A stretch of 30,122 nt of DNA from the IMG/VR virus record IMGVR_UViG_2690316345_000022, one strand, 5' to 3'. A program made the translations under genes and the position numbers. The stretch's first letter is position 1. Each line of letters opens with the position of its first letter. Source of the DNA: a virus (taxonomy: Duplodnaviria > Heunggongvirae > Uroviricota > Caudoviricetes). Positions 17,964-27,522 of the stretch are shown piece after piece. The notes beneath the pieces were generated by a model. That model made no database searches. It saw nothing but the letters and a program-made list of their open reading frames with translations, and was not told the DNA's origin.

Positions 17964-18486
17964 TTCGCGACTGCTGCCGACCGGCTCATCACCGCTTGAA
18001 GTTGCCGCCGCAAAAGCCTGTGCGGAAATTGAAAAAACGCCGGTCAGTATTCGTGAGCTGTGGAACCCGGACACCTGTCCGGCAAATCTGCTGCCTTGGC
18101 TGGCGTGGGCGTTTTCGGTCGACAGATGGGATGAAAAGTGGCCGGAAGCGACCAAACGCGCCGTTATCCGCGATGCGTATTTCATCCACTGTCATAAAGG
18201 CACTATAGGTGCAATCCGACGCGTGGTGGAGCCGCTCGGCTATCTCATCAACGTGACGGAGTGGTGGGAAAACAGTGACCCGCCCGGCACCTTCCGGCTT
18301 GATATTGGTGTACTGGAAAGCGGTATCACAGAGGCAATGTATCAGGAAATGGAACGGCTGATTGCTGATGCCAAACCTGCAAGCCGCCACCTTATTGGCC
18401 TGAACATTACCCGGGACATTCCCGGCTACCTGTTCGCCGGTGGTGTGGCTTATGACGGCGATGTAATTACGGTTTACCCCGGATAA
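17956..18486 (+). CDS. I: Baseplate protein gpI
   Basis: 176 aa; overlaps J end; as in P2. Confidence 0.9.
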   Translation: MSDSRLLPTGSSPLEVAAAKACAEIEKTPVSIRELWNPDTCPANLLPWLAWAFSVDRWDEKWPEATKRAVIRDAYFIHCHKGTIGAIRRVVEPLGYLINVTEWWENSDPPGTFRLDIGVLESGITEAMYQEMERLIADAKPASRHLIGLNITRDIPGYLFAGGVAYDGDVITVYPG

Positions 18487-18496
18487 GTGAGGAATA

Positions 18497-20707
18497 ATGA
18501 GCACAAAATTCAGAACCGTTATCACCACTGCCGGTGCAGCAAAGCTGGCAGCGGCAACCGCACCGGGAGGGCGGAAGGTCAACATTACCACGATGGCCGT
18601 CGGGGATGGCGGTGGTAAATTGCCTGTCCCGGATGCCGGACAGACCGGGCTTATCCACGAAGTCTGGCGACATACGCTGAACAAAATCAGCCAGGACAAA
18701 CGAAACAGTAATTATATTATCGCAGAGCTGGTTATTCCGCCGGAGGTGGGCGGTTTCTGGATGCGTGAGCTTGGCCTGTACGATGATGCGGGAACATTAA
18801 TTGCCGTGGCGAACATGGCCGAAAGTTATAAGCCAGCTCTCGCCGAAGGCTCAGGGCGTTCGCAGACCTGTCGCATGGTCATCATCGTCAGCAGTGTGGC
18901 CTCAGTGGAGCTGACCATTGACACCACAACAGTGATGGCGACGCAGGATTACGTTGATGACAAAATTGCAGAGCACGAACAGTCACGACGTCACCCGGAC
19001 GCCTCGCTGACCGCCAAAGGTTTTACTCAGTTAAGCAGTGCGACCAACAGCACGTCTGAAACACTGGCCGCAACGCCGAAAGCGGTAAAGGCCGCGTATG
19101 ACCTTGCTAACGGGAAATATACTGCGCAGGATGCCACCACAGCGCGAAAAGGTCTTGTCCAGCTCAGTAGTGCCACCAACAGCACGTCTGAAACGCTCGC
19201 TGCAACACCAAAAGCGGTAAAAGCAGCATATGACCTGGCTAACGGGAAATATACCGCACAGGACGCCACCACCGCGCGAAAAGGCCTTGTCCAGCTAAGT
19301 AGCGTCACCAACAGCGATTCTGAAACGCTTGCGGCAACGCCAAAGGCGGTTAAGACAGCGTATGACCTTGCTAACGGGAAATACACTGCACAGGATGCCA
19401 CCACAGCGCGAAAAGGGCTTGTCCAGCTCAGTAGCGCCACCAACAGTGATTCTGAAACCCTCGCGGCAACGCCAAAAGCAGTGAAGTCTGCCTATGACAA
19501 TGCTGAAAAACGTCTTCAGAAAGATCAGAACGGTGCGGATATTCCGGGAAAGGATACCTTCACGAAAAATATCGGTGCCTGTCGTGCTTATAGCGGCGCT
19601 TTGAGCACTGAAGCCGGAAACTGGACAACCGCTCAGTTTATTGACTGGCTAGAGTCTCAGGGAGCCTTTAATCATCCTTACTGGATGTGCAAGTGTTCCT
19701 GGTCATATGGTAATAACAAAATTATTACCGATACTGACTGTGGGACTATTCATCTTGCAGGTTGCGTGATTGAGGTTATGGGCGTTAAAGCAGCAATGAC
19801 CATTCGTGTGACCACTCCGAGTACATCAAGCGGTGGTGGTACCACCAGTGCGCAATTCACGTATATCAATCACGGAGCTGATTATGCGCCGGGCTGGCGA
19901 CGTGACTACAATACGAAAAATAAGCAACCGGCTTTTGCATTAGGGAAAACAGGAAATACGGTTGCAAATAATAAAGCGGTAGGATGGAACTGGGACAGTG
20001 GTGCTTATTGTGCACAGGATGGCGGAGCATCAAAAATGGTGCTGCATTTTTACACGGGTGAGGGAAGTTGTCCGGCAATGCAGTTTCTTGTGGATTATAA
20101 AAACAGGGGGATTTTTTACAGGTCGGCACGTGATGGGTATGGATTTGAGGCTGACTGGTCAGAGTTTTATACCACATCACGAAAGCCAACACCTGCGGAT
20201 ATTCTTGCTCTGGCATTATCAGGCGGAAGCATGTCAGGCAGCATAAAATTTATCAATGATGCCTTCCTGATTTGGGAAAGAAACACTGACTGGGCGAAAA
20301 TTGGATTTAAAAATGATTCAGATGCTGATTCTGACTCATACATGTGGTTTGAAACTGGTGATAATGGCAATGAATATTTTAAATGGCGCATCAGGTCTGG
20401 CAGCACAACAAAAGACCTGATGACGCTTAAGTCTGATGCACTTCGGGTTACCGGGCAGGTGATACCATCAAATTTCAGCAATTTTGACTCCCGCTATGTC
20501 CGGGATATCCGGCTTGGTGGTGCCGCCACATACAAACCTGCGAACAATGGCATGACATGGACACATCAGGCACCGTCCGGGTGTGTATATACCGGCATTA
20601 TTGTTCAGGATACCGGCTCAAACTCTGCCGATAACATTGGTGGCGTATATTACAGACCGGTTCAGAAATACATTAACGGGACGTGGTACAACGTGGCGCA
20701 GGTATAA
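18497..20707 (+). CDS. H: Tail fibre protein gpH (repeat-expanded, divergent C-terminal receptor-binding region)
   Basis: 736 aa; conserved N-terminal region, internal tandem repeats, divergent C-terminal half. Confidence 0.9.
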   Translation: MSTKFRTVITTAGAAKLAAATAPGGRKVNITTMAVGDGGGKLPVPDAGQTGLIHEVWRHTLNKISQDKRNSNYIIAELVIPPEVGGFWMRELGLYDDAGTLIAVANMAESYKPALAEGSGRSQTCRMVIIVSSVASVELTIDTTTVMATQDYVDDKIAEHEQSRRHPDASLTAKGFTQLSSATNSTSETLAATPKAVKAAYDLANGKYTAQDATTARKGLVQLSSATNSTSETLAATPKAVKAAYDLANGKYTAQDATTARKGLVQLSSVTNSDSETLAATPKAVKTAYDLANGKYTAQDATTARKGLVQLSSATNSDSETLAATPKAVKSAYDNAEKRLQKDQNGADIPGKDTFTKNIGACRAYSGALSTEAGNWTTAQFIDWLESQGAFNHPYWMCKCSWSYGNNKIITDTDCGTIHLAGCVIEVMGVKAAMTIRVTTPSTSSGGGTTSAQFTYINHGADYAPGWRRDYNTKNKQPAFALGKTGNTVANNKAVGWNWDSGAYCAQDGGASKMVLHFYTGEGSCPAMQFLVDYKNRGIFYRSARDGYGFEADWSEFYTTSRKPTPADILALALSGGSMSGSIKFINDAFLIWERNTDWAKIGFKNDSDADSDSYMWFETGDNGNEYFKWRIRSGSTTKDLMTLKSDALRVTGQVIPSNFSNFDSRYVRDIRLGGAATYKPANNGMTWTHQAPSGCVYTGIIVQDTGSNSADNIGGVYYRPVQKYINGTWYNVAQV
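19013..19500 (+). repeat. Tandem 132-bp (44-codon) coding repeats inside tail-fibre gene H, about 3.7 copies
   Basis: Protein repeat ARKGLVQLSS(A/V)TNS(T/D)SETLAATPKAVK(A/T/S)AYDLANGKYTAQDATT recurs with period 132 nt (e.g. gcgcgaaaagg at about 19145, 19277 and 19409). Confidence 0.85.
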
Positions 20708-20710
20708 TTT

Positions 20711-21238
20711 ATGCAGCATTTGATAAATATAACGGCAGGTAATCCAAAAACGGTTGAACAATATCAATTGACAAAGGACTTTGATGTTGTCTGGTTTTTT
20801 TCAGAAGATGGTAAGAACTGGTACGAAGAACAAAAGTATTTTGCTGATGACACGATAAAAATAGCGTACGACAAAGATAATATTATCCGCTATGTGGAAA
20901 AGGATGTGACAGCTATCAGACCAGATGGATTAAGTGTTGTTGAAGTGCCGGATATTACTGCTAATCGACGGGCGGACATTTCAGGGAACTGGATGTTTAA
21001 GGATGGTACAGTGATTAAACGAATTTATACGGCAGAGGAATTGCAGCAGCAGGCAGAAAATCGGAAAGCCAGACTTCTTGCAGATGCTGAATCCGTGATT
21101 TTGCCGCTGGAGCGCGCGGTCAGACTGAACATGGCAACAGATGAGGAGCGTAGCCGACTGGAAGCATGGGAACGCTACAGCGTTCTGGTCAGTCGTGTGG
21201 ATCCTGCAAATCCTGAATGGCCGGAAATGCCGCAATAA
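20711..21238 (+). CDS. G: Tail fibre assembly chaperone gpG
   Basis: 175 aa directly after H; position as P2 gpG. Confidence 0.85.
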   Translation: MQHLINITAGNPKTVEQYQLTKDFDVVWFFSEDGKNWYEEQKYFADDTIKIAYDKDNIIRYVEKDVTAIRPDGLSVVEVPDITANRRADISGNWMFKDGTVIKRIYTAEELQQQAENRKARLLADAESVILPLERAVRLNMATDEERSRLEAWERYSVLVSRVDPANPEWPEMPQ

Positions 21239-21459
21239 GTTGTATGATCTCTGGAGTGAGCAAACGTATCTATGGCACAGAGTAAAGCCTAATCTGACAG
21301 GCCGCTCTGTGTCTGGAGTAGATTTTAGTAAAGCATTATTTTATTAGTGCAAATTCTAATCAATACATTTTATGTATATGATATCCTGCAGACTTTAATG
21401 ACTTGGTTTAGGCTAACCAGATAACACTGAAGGAATATTTTTGATAATTAAGGTACGGT

Positions 21460-22053
21460 ATGTTTACTAAGCGACGATTAAAAAATATTAACTGGGAGGC
21501 AAGTTCAGTGATTCTTGCTATGGTTCTCTTTGTTGGAAATATATTTTATACAAATCATCGTGATGATATAAGCATGGAGGCTGAGAGGGACAGTATCAGA
21601 ACAATGTTTGCATATGAAATCGCTAATAACCATCGCGCTCTCACTTTTCTTGATAAAACGAGACATATTGGCTTTGACGAAAATTCGGAGCATTTTGTTG
21701 GCGAGCCTTTTGCCATTAATGTCAAATCATTAGGGGGGCCTCGCTTACAGATTGCATTAAACCAGACTGATAAAGTGTTTAAATCCTACTTCAGCGAATT
21801 AAGTAAGCTTGATAAAGAGGATGTTACTCTTCTTATGGACTATTACCATGAGCAAAGCATCCTGCTGGAGCGTGTAAAATCTACGTTACAGAAGATGAAA
21901 AGTGGTAATGATATTAAAGTTGATATTGATGGTTACTTATTAGAAGAACACTTCATGAATGAGCTTAATCTTTCTAATATTTTGCTTAAACGCTATAGCC
22001 ATTTGTTGTCACAATACGCTAAAGAACATAAAACAAAAGATTTACATAATTGA
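21460..22053 (+). CDS. Hypothetical membrane-anchored protein in the G-FI accessory slot (P2 Z/fun position)
   Basis: 197-aa ORF in an AT-rich island; N-terminus MFTKRRLKNINWEASSVILAMVLFVGNIFY is a basic stretch followed by a hydrophobic helix; AAGG RBS upstream; no recognisable catalytic motifs. Confidence 0.6.
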   Translation: MFTKRRLKNINWEASSVILAMVLFVGNIFYTNHRDDISMEAERDSIRTMFAYEIANNHRALTFLDKTRHIGFDENSEHFVGEPFAINVKSLGGPRLQIALNQTDKVFKSYFSELSKLDKEDVTLLMDYYHEQSILLERVKSTLQKMKSGNDIKVDIDGYLLEEHFMNELNLSNILLKRYSHLLSQYAKEHKTKDLHN

Positions 22054-22382
22054 TAATCTGCTAATGGTTATTCATGGGGTAACTATGTTTTATATGTAAT
22101 CCAACTCAGATGAATTATTGATTCTGGATAATAACCGCAGAGCGGCATATACCCTGACAGGCAAATGTCCGCTTCTTGTTCAAAGCAGACTGTCAGATTT
22201 GATAACTTTTGGGCTATGTAAATTGTCAGTCGGAAAATGAGTGAGTTCAAATCAGGACTGGCGGGCGAATTGCCCGCATTTTCTTTATCTGTTGTTTCAT
22301 CCACTGACCAACCAGGTCAAATAGCGTCTCATGCACTGCCCAACAGAAAATAGTTGCACCCATTAACCACGGAGTTAAACGG

Positions 22383-23573
22383 ATGAGTGACTATCATCAC
22401 GGCGTGCAGGTGCTGGAGATTAACGACGGCACCCGCGTCATTTCCACCGTATCCACTGCCATTGTCGGCATGGTCTGCACGGCCAGCGATGCGGATGCGG
22501 AAACCTTCCCCCTCAATAAACCTGTGCTGATTACCAATGTGCAGAGCGCAATTGCAAAGGCCGGTAAAAAAGGCACGCTGGCGGCATCGTTGCAGGCCAT
22601 CGCTGACCAGTCAAAACCGGTCACCGTTGTCGTGCGCGTGGAAGACGGCAGCGGCGACGACGAGGAAACGAAACTCGCGCAGACCGTTTCCAATATCATC
22701 GGCACCACCGACGAAAACGGTCAGTACACCGGACTGAAAGCCCTGCTGGCGGCGGAGTCGGTAACCGGTGTTAAACCGCGCATTCTCGGTGTGCCGGGAC
22801 TGGACACCAAAGAGGTTGCCGTCGCACTGGCATCAGTCTGTCAGAAGCTGCGCGCTTTCGGGTATATCAGCGCATGGGGCTGTAAAACCATTTCCGAGGT
22901 GAAAGCCTACCGCCAGAATTTCAGCCAGCGTGAGCTGATGGTCATCTGGCCGGATTTCCTCGCATGGGATACGGTCACCAGTACCACCGCCACCGCGTAT
23001 GCCACCGCCCGTGCGCTGGGTCTGCGCGCTAAAATCGACCAGGAGCAGGGCTGGCATAAAACGCTGTCCAATGTCGGGGTGAACGGTGTTACCGGCATCA
23101 GCGCCTCTGTATTCTGGGATTTGCAGGAGTCCGGCACTGATGCTGACCTGCTTAACGAGTCAGGCGTCACAACGCTGATTCGCCGTGACGGTTTCCGCTT
23201 CTGGGGTAACCGTACCTGCTCTGATGACCCGCTGTTCCTCTTTGAAAACTACACCCGCACCGCGCAGGTGCTGGCCGATACGATGGCTGAGGCGCACATG
23301 TGGGCGGTGGACAAGCCCATCACCGCAACGCTGATTCGCGACATCGTTGACGGCATCAATGCCAAATTCCGAGAGCTGAAAACAAACGGCTATATCGTGG
23401 ATGCGACCTGCTGGTTCAGCGAAGAATCCAACGATGCGGAAACCCTCAAGGCCGGAAAACTGTATATCGACTACGACTATACACCGGTGCCTCCTCTTGA
23501 AAACCTGACCCTGCGCCAGCGTATTACCGATAAATACCTGGCAAATCTGGTCACTTCGGTTAACAGCAATTAA
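22383..23573 (+). CDS. FI: Contractile tail sheath protein gpFI
   Basis: 396 aa; length and position as in P2. Confidence 0.93.
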   Translation: MSDYHHGVQVLEINDGTRVISTVSTAIVGMVCTASDADAETFPLNKPVLITNVQSAIAKAGKKGTLAASLQAIADQSKPVTVVVRVEDGSGDDEETKLAQTVSNIIGTTDENGQYTGLKALLAAESVTGVKPRILGVPGLDTKEVAVALASVCQKLRAFGYISAWGCKTISEVKAYRQNFSQRELMVIWPDFLAWDTVTSTTATAYATARALGLRAKIDQEQGWHKTLSNVGVNGVTGISASVFWDLQESGTDADLLNESGVTTLIRRDGFRFWGNRTCSDDPLFLFENYTRTAQVLADTMAEAHMWAVDKPITATLIRDIVDGINAKFRELKTNGYIVDATCWFSEESNDAETLKAGKLYIDYDYTPVPPLENLTLRQRITDKYLANLVTSVNSN

Positions 23574-23585
23574 GGAGCCTGACCG

Positions 23586-24104
23586 ATGGCAATGCCGCGC
23601 AAACTCAAGTTAATGAACGTCTTTCTGAACGGCTACAGCTATCAGGGCGTTGCAAAGTCCGTCACGCTGCCAAAACTGACCCGTAAGCTCGAAAACTATC
23701 GCGGTGCGGGGATGAACGGCAGCGCACCGGTAGACCTCGGCCTTGATGACGATGCGCTGTCAATGGAGTGGTCGCTCGGGGGCTTCCCGGATTCGGTTAT
23801 CTGGGAGCTTTACGCCGCAATCGGTGTGGATGCTGTGCCGATTCGTTTTGCAGGCTCTTACCAGCGCGACGATACCGGCGAAACTGTGGCCGTCGAGGTG
23901 GTCATGCGTGGACGTCAGAAAGAAATCGACACCGGCGAGGGGAAACAGGGAGAAGACACCGAGTCGAAAATCTCCGTGGTCTGCACCTATTTCCGGCTGA
24001 CGATGGACGGTAAGGAACTGGTCGAAATCGACACCATCAACATGATTGAGAAGGTGAACGGCGTCGACCGGCTGGAGCAACACCGCCGCAATATCGGCCT
24101 GTAA
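23586..24104 (+). CDS. FII: Tail tube protein gpFII
   Basis: 172 aa; as in P2. Confidence 0.93.
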   Translation: MAMPRKLKLMNVFLNGYSYQGVAKSVTLPKLTRKLENYRGAGMNGSAPVDLGLDDDALSMEWSLGGFPDSVIWELYAAIGVDAVPIRFAGSYQRDDTGETVAVEVVMRGRQKEIDTGEGKQGEDTESKISVVCTYFRLTMDGKELVEIDTINMIEKVNGVDRLEQHRRNIGL

Positions 24105-24160
24105 TTTTCATCCGGTCAGCCTGGCTGACCGGTTAACCCCGATTCAGAAGTGAGAAAACC

Positions 24161-24436
24161 ATGAACAAAGAAAATGTGATTACCCTGGACAATCCGGTCA
24201 GGCGTGGTGAGCAGGTTATCGAACAGGTCACGCTGATGAAACCCAGTGCGGGGACGCTGCGCGGTGTCAGTCTGGCTGCGGTCGCAAACTCAGAAGTCGA
24301 TGCACTGATTAAGGTGCTGCCGCGCATGACGGCACCGATGCTGACCGAGCAGGAAGTCGCCGCGCTGGAACTGCCTGACCTTGTGGCGCTGGCCGGTAAG
24401 GTGGTCGGTTTTTTGTCGCCGAACTCGGTGCAGTGA
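24161..24436 (+). CDS. E: Tail assembly chaperone gpE
   Basis: 91 aa; contains slippery TTTTTTG near its 3' end. Confidence 0.85.
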   Translation: MNKENVITLDNPVRRGEQVIEQVTLMKPSAGTLRGVSLAAVANSEVDALIKVLPRMTAPMLTEQEVAALELPDLVALAGKVVGFLSPNSVQ

Positions 24437-24588
24437 CGTTCCCGAAAAATCTGTCGGTCGATGACCTGATGGCGGATGTGGCAGTGATATTTCACTGGCC
24501 GCCATCAGAACTGTATCCCATGAGCCTGACCGAACTCATCACATGGCGCGAAAAGGCGCTCCGGCGAAGCGGAAACACGAATGAGTAA
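24161..24588 (+). CDS. E+E': gpE+E' fusion produced by programmed -1 ribosomal frameshift at TTTTTTG (24409-24415)
   Basis: The -1 frame after the slippery heptamer is open to a TAA at 24586-24588, overlapping the T start; mirrors the known P2 E/E' arrangement. Confidence 0.7.
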
Positions 24589-27028
24589 CAATGTAAAATT
24601 ACAGGTATTGCTCAGGGCTGTTGACCAGGCATCCCGCCCGTTTAAATCCATCCGCACAGCGAGCAAGTCGCTGTCGGGGGATATCCGGGAAACACAAAAA
24701 TCACTGCGCGAGCTGAACGGTCACGCATCCCGTATTGAGGGATTTCGCAAGACCAGCGCACAGCTCGCCGTGACTGGTCATGCACTTGAAAAGGCACGGC
24801 AGGAGGCCGAAGCACTTGCCACACAGTTTAAAAACACTGAACGTCCGACCCGTGCTCAGGCGAAAGTGCTGGAATCCGCAAAGCGTGCGGCGGAGGACTT
24901 ACAGGCGAAATATAACCGCCTGACGGATTCCGTTAAACGCCAGCAGCGGGAACTGGCCGCTGTGGGAATTAATACCCGCAATCTTGCACATGATGAGCAG
25001 GGGCTGAAAAACCGTATCAGTGAAACCACCGCACAGCTTAACCGGCAGCGTGACGCGCTGGCGCGTGTCAGTGCACAACAGGCAAAACTTAACGCAGTCA
25101 AACAGCGTTATCAGGCAGGAAAAGAACTTGCCGGAAATATGGCCTCAGTGGGCGCTGCCGGTGTGGGGATTGCGGCGGCGGGAACGATGGCCGGAGTTAA
25201 GCTGCTGATGCCCGGTTATGAGTTTGCGCAGAAAAACTCAGAATTGCAGGCCGTGCTCGGTGTGGCAAAAGATTCCGCCGAAATGGCCGCGCTCCGCAAA
25301 CAGGCGCGCCAGCTCGGCGACAATACCGCCGCCTCAGCGGATGATGCGGCCGGTGCGCAGATTATCATTGCGAAAGCGGGTGGAGATGCTGCGGCTATTC
25401 AGGCGGCAACGCCGGTCACGCTGAATATGGCACTGGCGAATCAGCGGTCGATGGAAGAAAACGCGCAACTGTTGCTGGGGACTAAGGCATCCTTTCAACT
25501 GTCAAATGATGATGTCAGCCATGTGGGCGACGTGTTGTCGGCAACGATGAATAAGTCGGCGGCTGATTTTCAGGGACTCAGTGATGCACTGACTTACCTC
25601 GGTCCGGTTGCGAGGACGGCAGGTGTAAGTCTTGAACAGGCAGCGGCCATGACAGGTGTGCTGCATGACAATAACATCAGGGGGTCAATGGCGGGTACGG
25701 GTGGCAGTGCCGTTGTCACCCGATTACAGGCACCGACTGGAAAAGCATGGGATGCACTCAAAGAGCTTGGCGTTAAAACCTCGGACAAAAAGGGAAATAT
25801 GCGTCCGTTGTTCACCATTCTGAAAGAGATTCAGGCCAGCTTTGATAAACACAAGCTGGGAACGTCTCAGAAGGGGGAATACCTTAAAACCATTTTTGGT
25901 GAGGAAGCCCTGAAATCAGCGAACGTTTTACTGGCAGCGGCTGCAAGCGGAAAACTGGATAAGCTGACCGCCACACTGAAAGCCTCAGACGGTAAAACGG
26001 AAGAGCTGGTTAAAATCATGCAGGACAACCTCGGCGGTGACTTTAAGGAGTTTCAGTCCGCTTATGAAGCGGTGGGGACTGACCTGTTTGACCAGCAGGA
26101 AGGCGCACTGCGTAAGCTCACGCAGACGGCCACAAAGTATGTGTTAAAACTCGACGGCTGGATCCAGAAAAACAAATCACTGGCGTCAACCATTGGCCTA
26201 ATTGCCGGTGGCGCGCTGGCGCTTACTGGCATCATCGGTGCCATTGGTCTTGTAGCCTGGCCGGTTATCACCGGCATCAATGCCATCATCGCGGCAGCAG
26301 GCGCAATGGGGGCAATCTTCACGACGGTTGGCAGTGCTGTTATGACCGCCATCGGGGCGATTAGCTGGCCGGTTGTGGCCGTGGTGGCCGCCATTGTCGC
26401 CGGGGCGTTGCTTATCCGTAAATACTGGGAGCCTGTCAGCGCATTCTTTGGCGGTGTGATGGAAGGGCTGAAAGCGGCATTTGCGCCGGTGGGGGAACTG
26501 TTCACGCCACTTAAGCCGGTGTTTGACTGGCTGGGCGAAAAGTTACAGGCCGCGTGGCAGTGGTTTAAAAACCTGATTGCCCCGGTCAAAGCCACCCAGG
26601 ACACCCTGAACCGTTGCCGTGATACTGGCGTCATGTTCGGGCAGGCACTGGCTGACGCGCTGATGCTGCCGCTTAATGCGTTCAACAAACTGCGCAGCGG
26701 AATTGACTGGGTACTGGAAAAACTCGGTGTTATCAACAAAGAGTCAGACACACTTGACCAGACCGACGCCAGAACTCAAGCCGCCACGTATGGCAGCGGT
26801 GGTTATATTCCGGCGACCAGCTCTTATGCAGGCTATCAGGCTTATCAGCCGGTTACGGCACCGGCTGGCCGCTCTTATGTGGACCAGAGTAAAAACGAAT
26901 ATCACATCAGCCTGACGGGTGGTACTGCGCCGGGGACACAGCTTGACCGCCAGTTACAGGATGCGCTCGAAAAATACGAGCGGGATAAACGTGCGCGCGC
27001 CCGTGCCAGCATGATGCATGACGGTTAA
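24581..27028 (+). CDS. T: Tail tape measure protein gpT
   Basis: 815 aa, the P2 gpT length; coiled-coil N-terminal region and glycine/alanine-rich hydrophobic segment. Confidence 0.93.
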   Translation: MSNNVKLQVLLRAVDQASRPFKSIRTASKSLSGDIRETQKSLRELNGHASRIEGFRKTSAQLAVTGHALEKARQEAEALATQFKNTERPTRAQAKVLESAKRAAEDLQAKYNRLTDSVKRQQRELAAVGINTRNLAHDEQGLKNRISETTAQLNRQRDALARVSAQQAKLNAVKQRYQAGKELAGNMASVGAAGVGIAAAGTMAGVKLLMPGYEFAQKNSELQAVLGVAKDSAEMAALRKQARQLGDNTAASADDAAGAQIIIAKAGGDAAAIQAATPVTLNMALANQRSMEENAQLLLGTKASFQLSNDDVSHVGDVLSATMNKSAADFQGLSDALTYLGPVARTAGVSLEQAAAMTGVLHDNNIRGSMAGTGGSAVVTRLQAPTGKAWDALKELGVKTSDKKGNMRPLFTILKEIQASFDKHKLGTSQKGEYLKTIFGEEALKSANVLLAAAASGKLDKLTATLKASDGKTEELVKIMQDNLGGDFKEFQSAYEAVGTDLFDQQEGALRKLTQTATKYVLKLDGWIQKNKSLASTIGLIAGGALALTGIIGAIGLVAWPVITGINAIIAAAGAMGAIFTTVGSAVMTAIGAISWPVVAVVAAIVAGALLIRKYWEPVSAFFGGVMEGLKAAFAPVGELFTPLKPVFDWLGEKLQAAWQWFKNLIAPVKATQDTLNRCRDTGVMFGQALADALMLPLNAFNKLRSGIDWVLEKLGVINKESDTLDQTDARTQAATYGSGGYIPATSSYAGYQAYQPVTAPAGRSYVDQSKNEYHISLTGGTAPGTQLDRQLQDALEKYERDKRARARASMMHDG

Positions 27029-27042
27029 GGAGGTGACGAAAA

Positions 27043-27522
27043 ATGATGCTCGCGTTAGGTATGTTTGTTTTTAGGCGCCAGACGCTGCCACACCAGACCA
27101 TGCAGCGTGAATCAGATTATCGCTGGCCGTCAAATTCCCGTATCGGTAAACGGGATGCCTTTCAGTTTCTCGGTGTGGGTGAGGAAAACATCACACTTGC
27201 CGGCGTGCTTTATCCCGAACTGACCGGCGGGAAGCTGACGATGACCACGCTCAGGCTGATGGCAGAGGAAGGCCGGGCGTGGCCGTTGCTGGATGGCACC
27301 GGCATGATTTACGGCATGTATGTCATCAGCAAGGTGAGTGAAACAGGGAGTATTTTCTTTGCAGATGGCACACCCCGAAAAATTGATTTTACGCTGTCGC
27401 TCACCCGCGTTGATGAATCACTGGCCGCGCTTTATGGCGATATCGGTAAACAGGCGGAATCGCTCATCGGTAAGGCTGGCAGTATGGCGACTAAATTCAC
27501 GGGTATGACGGGGGCGGGATAA
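27043..27522 (+). CDS. U: Tail protein gpU
   Basis: 159 aa; as in P2. Confidence 0.9.
   Translation: MMLALGMFVFRRQTLPHQTMQRESDYRWPSNSRIGKRDAFQFLGVGEENITLAGVLYPELTGGKLTMTTLRLMAEEGRAWPLLDGTGMIYGMYVISKVSETGSIFFADGTPRKIDFTLSLTRVDESLAALYGDIGKQAESLIGKAGSMATKFTGMTGAG

Noticed and set aside
17574-18699. Minus-strand ORFs of 203 and 236 aa overlapping J and I
   Set aside because: Antisense to the conserved baseplate genes J and I, whose lengths and order match P2; no independent support.
19027-19443. 138-aa minus-strand ORF with internal repeats, and possible CRISPR-like periodicity
   Set aside because: It is the reverse-strand shadow of the H repeats. The repeats are 132 bp, directly adjacent without spacers and in-frame coding, so this is not a CRISPR array.
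22083-22304. 73-aa minus-strand ORF in the non-coding stretch upstream of FI
   Set aside because: No RBS, and it lies in the expected late-promoter leader of FI; kept only as a remote possibility of a small antisense gene.
9625-22382. Attempt to pinpoint Ogr-dependent late promoter elements (TGT-N12-ACA type dyad) upstream of O, V and FI
   Set aside because: Only imperfect matches found by eye (e.g. TGT-N12-ACC near 15999-16016); not reported as specific sites without alignment to characterised promoters.
26062-26751. 229-aa minus-strand ORF inside the tape measure gene T
   Set aside because: Antisense shadow ORF within gpT; low-complexity Ala/Ser/Thr/Pro-rich translation typical of the reverse frame of GC-rich coding sequence.
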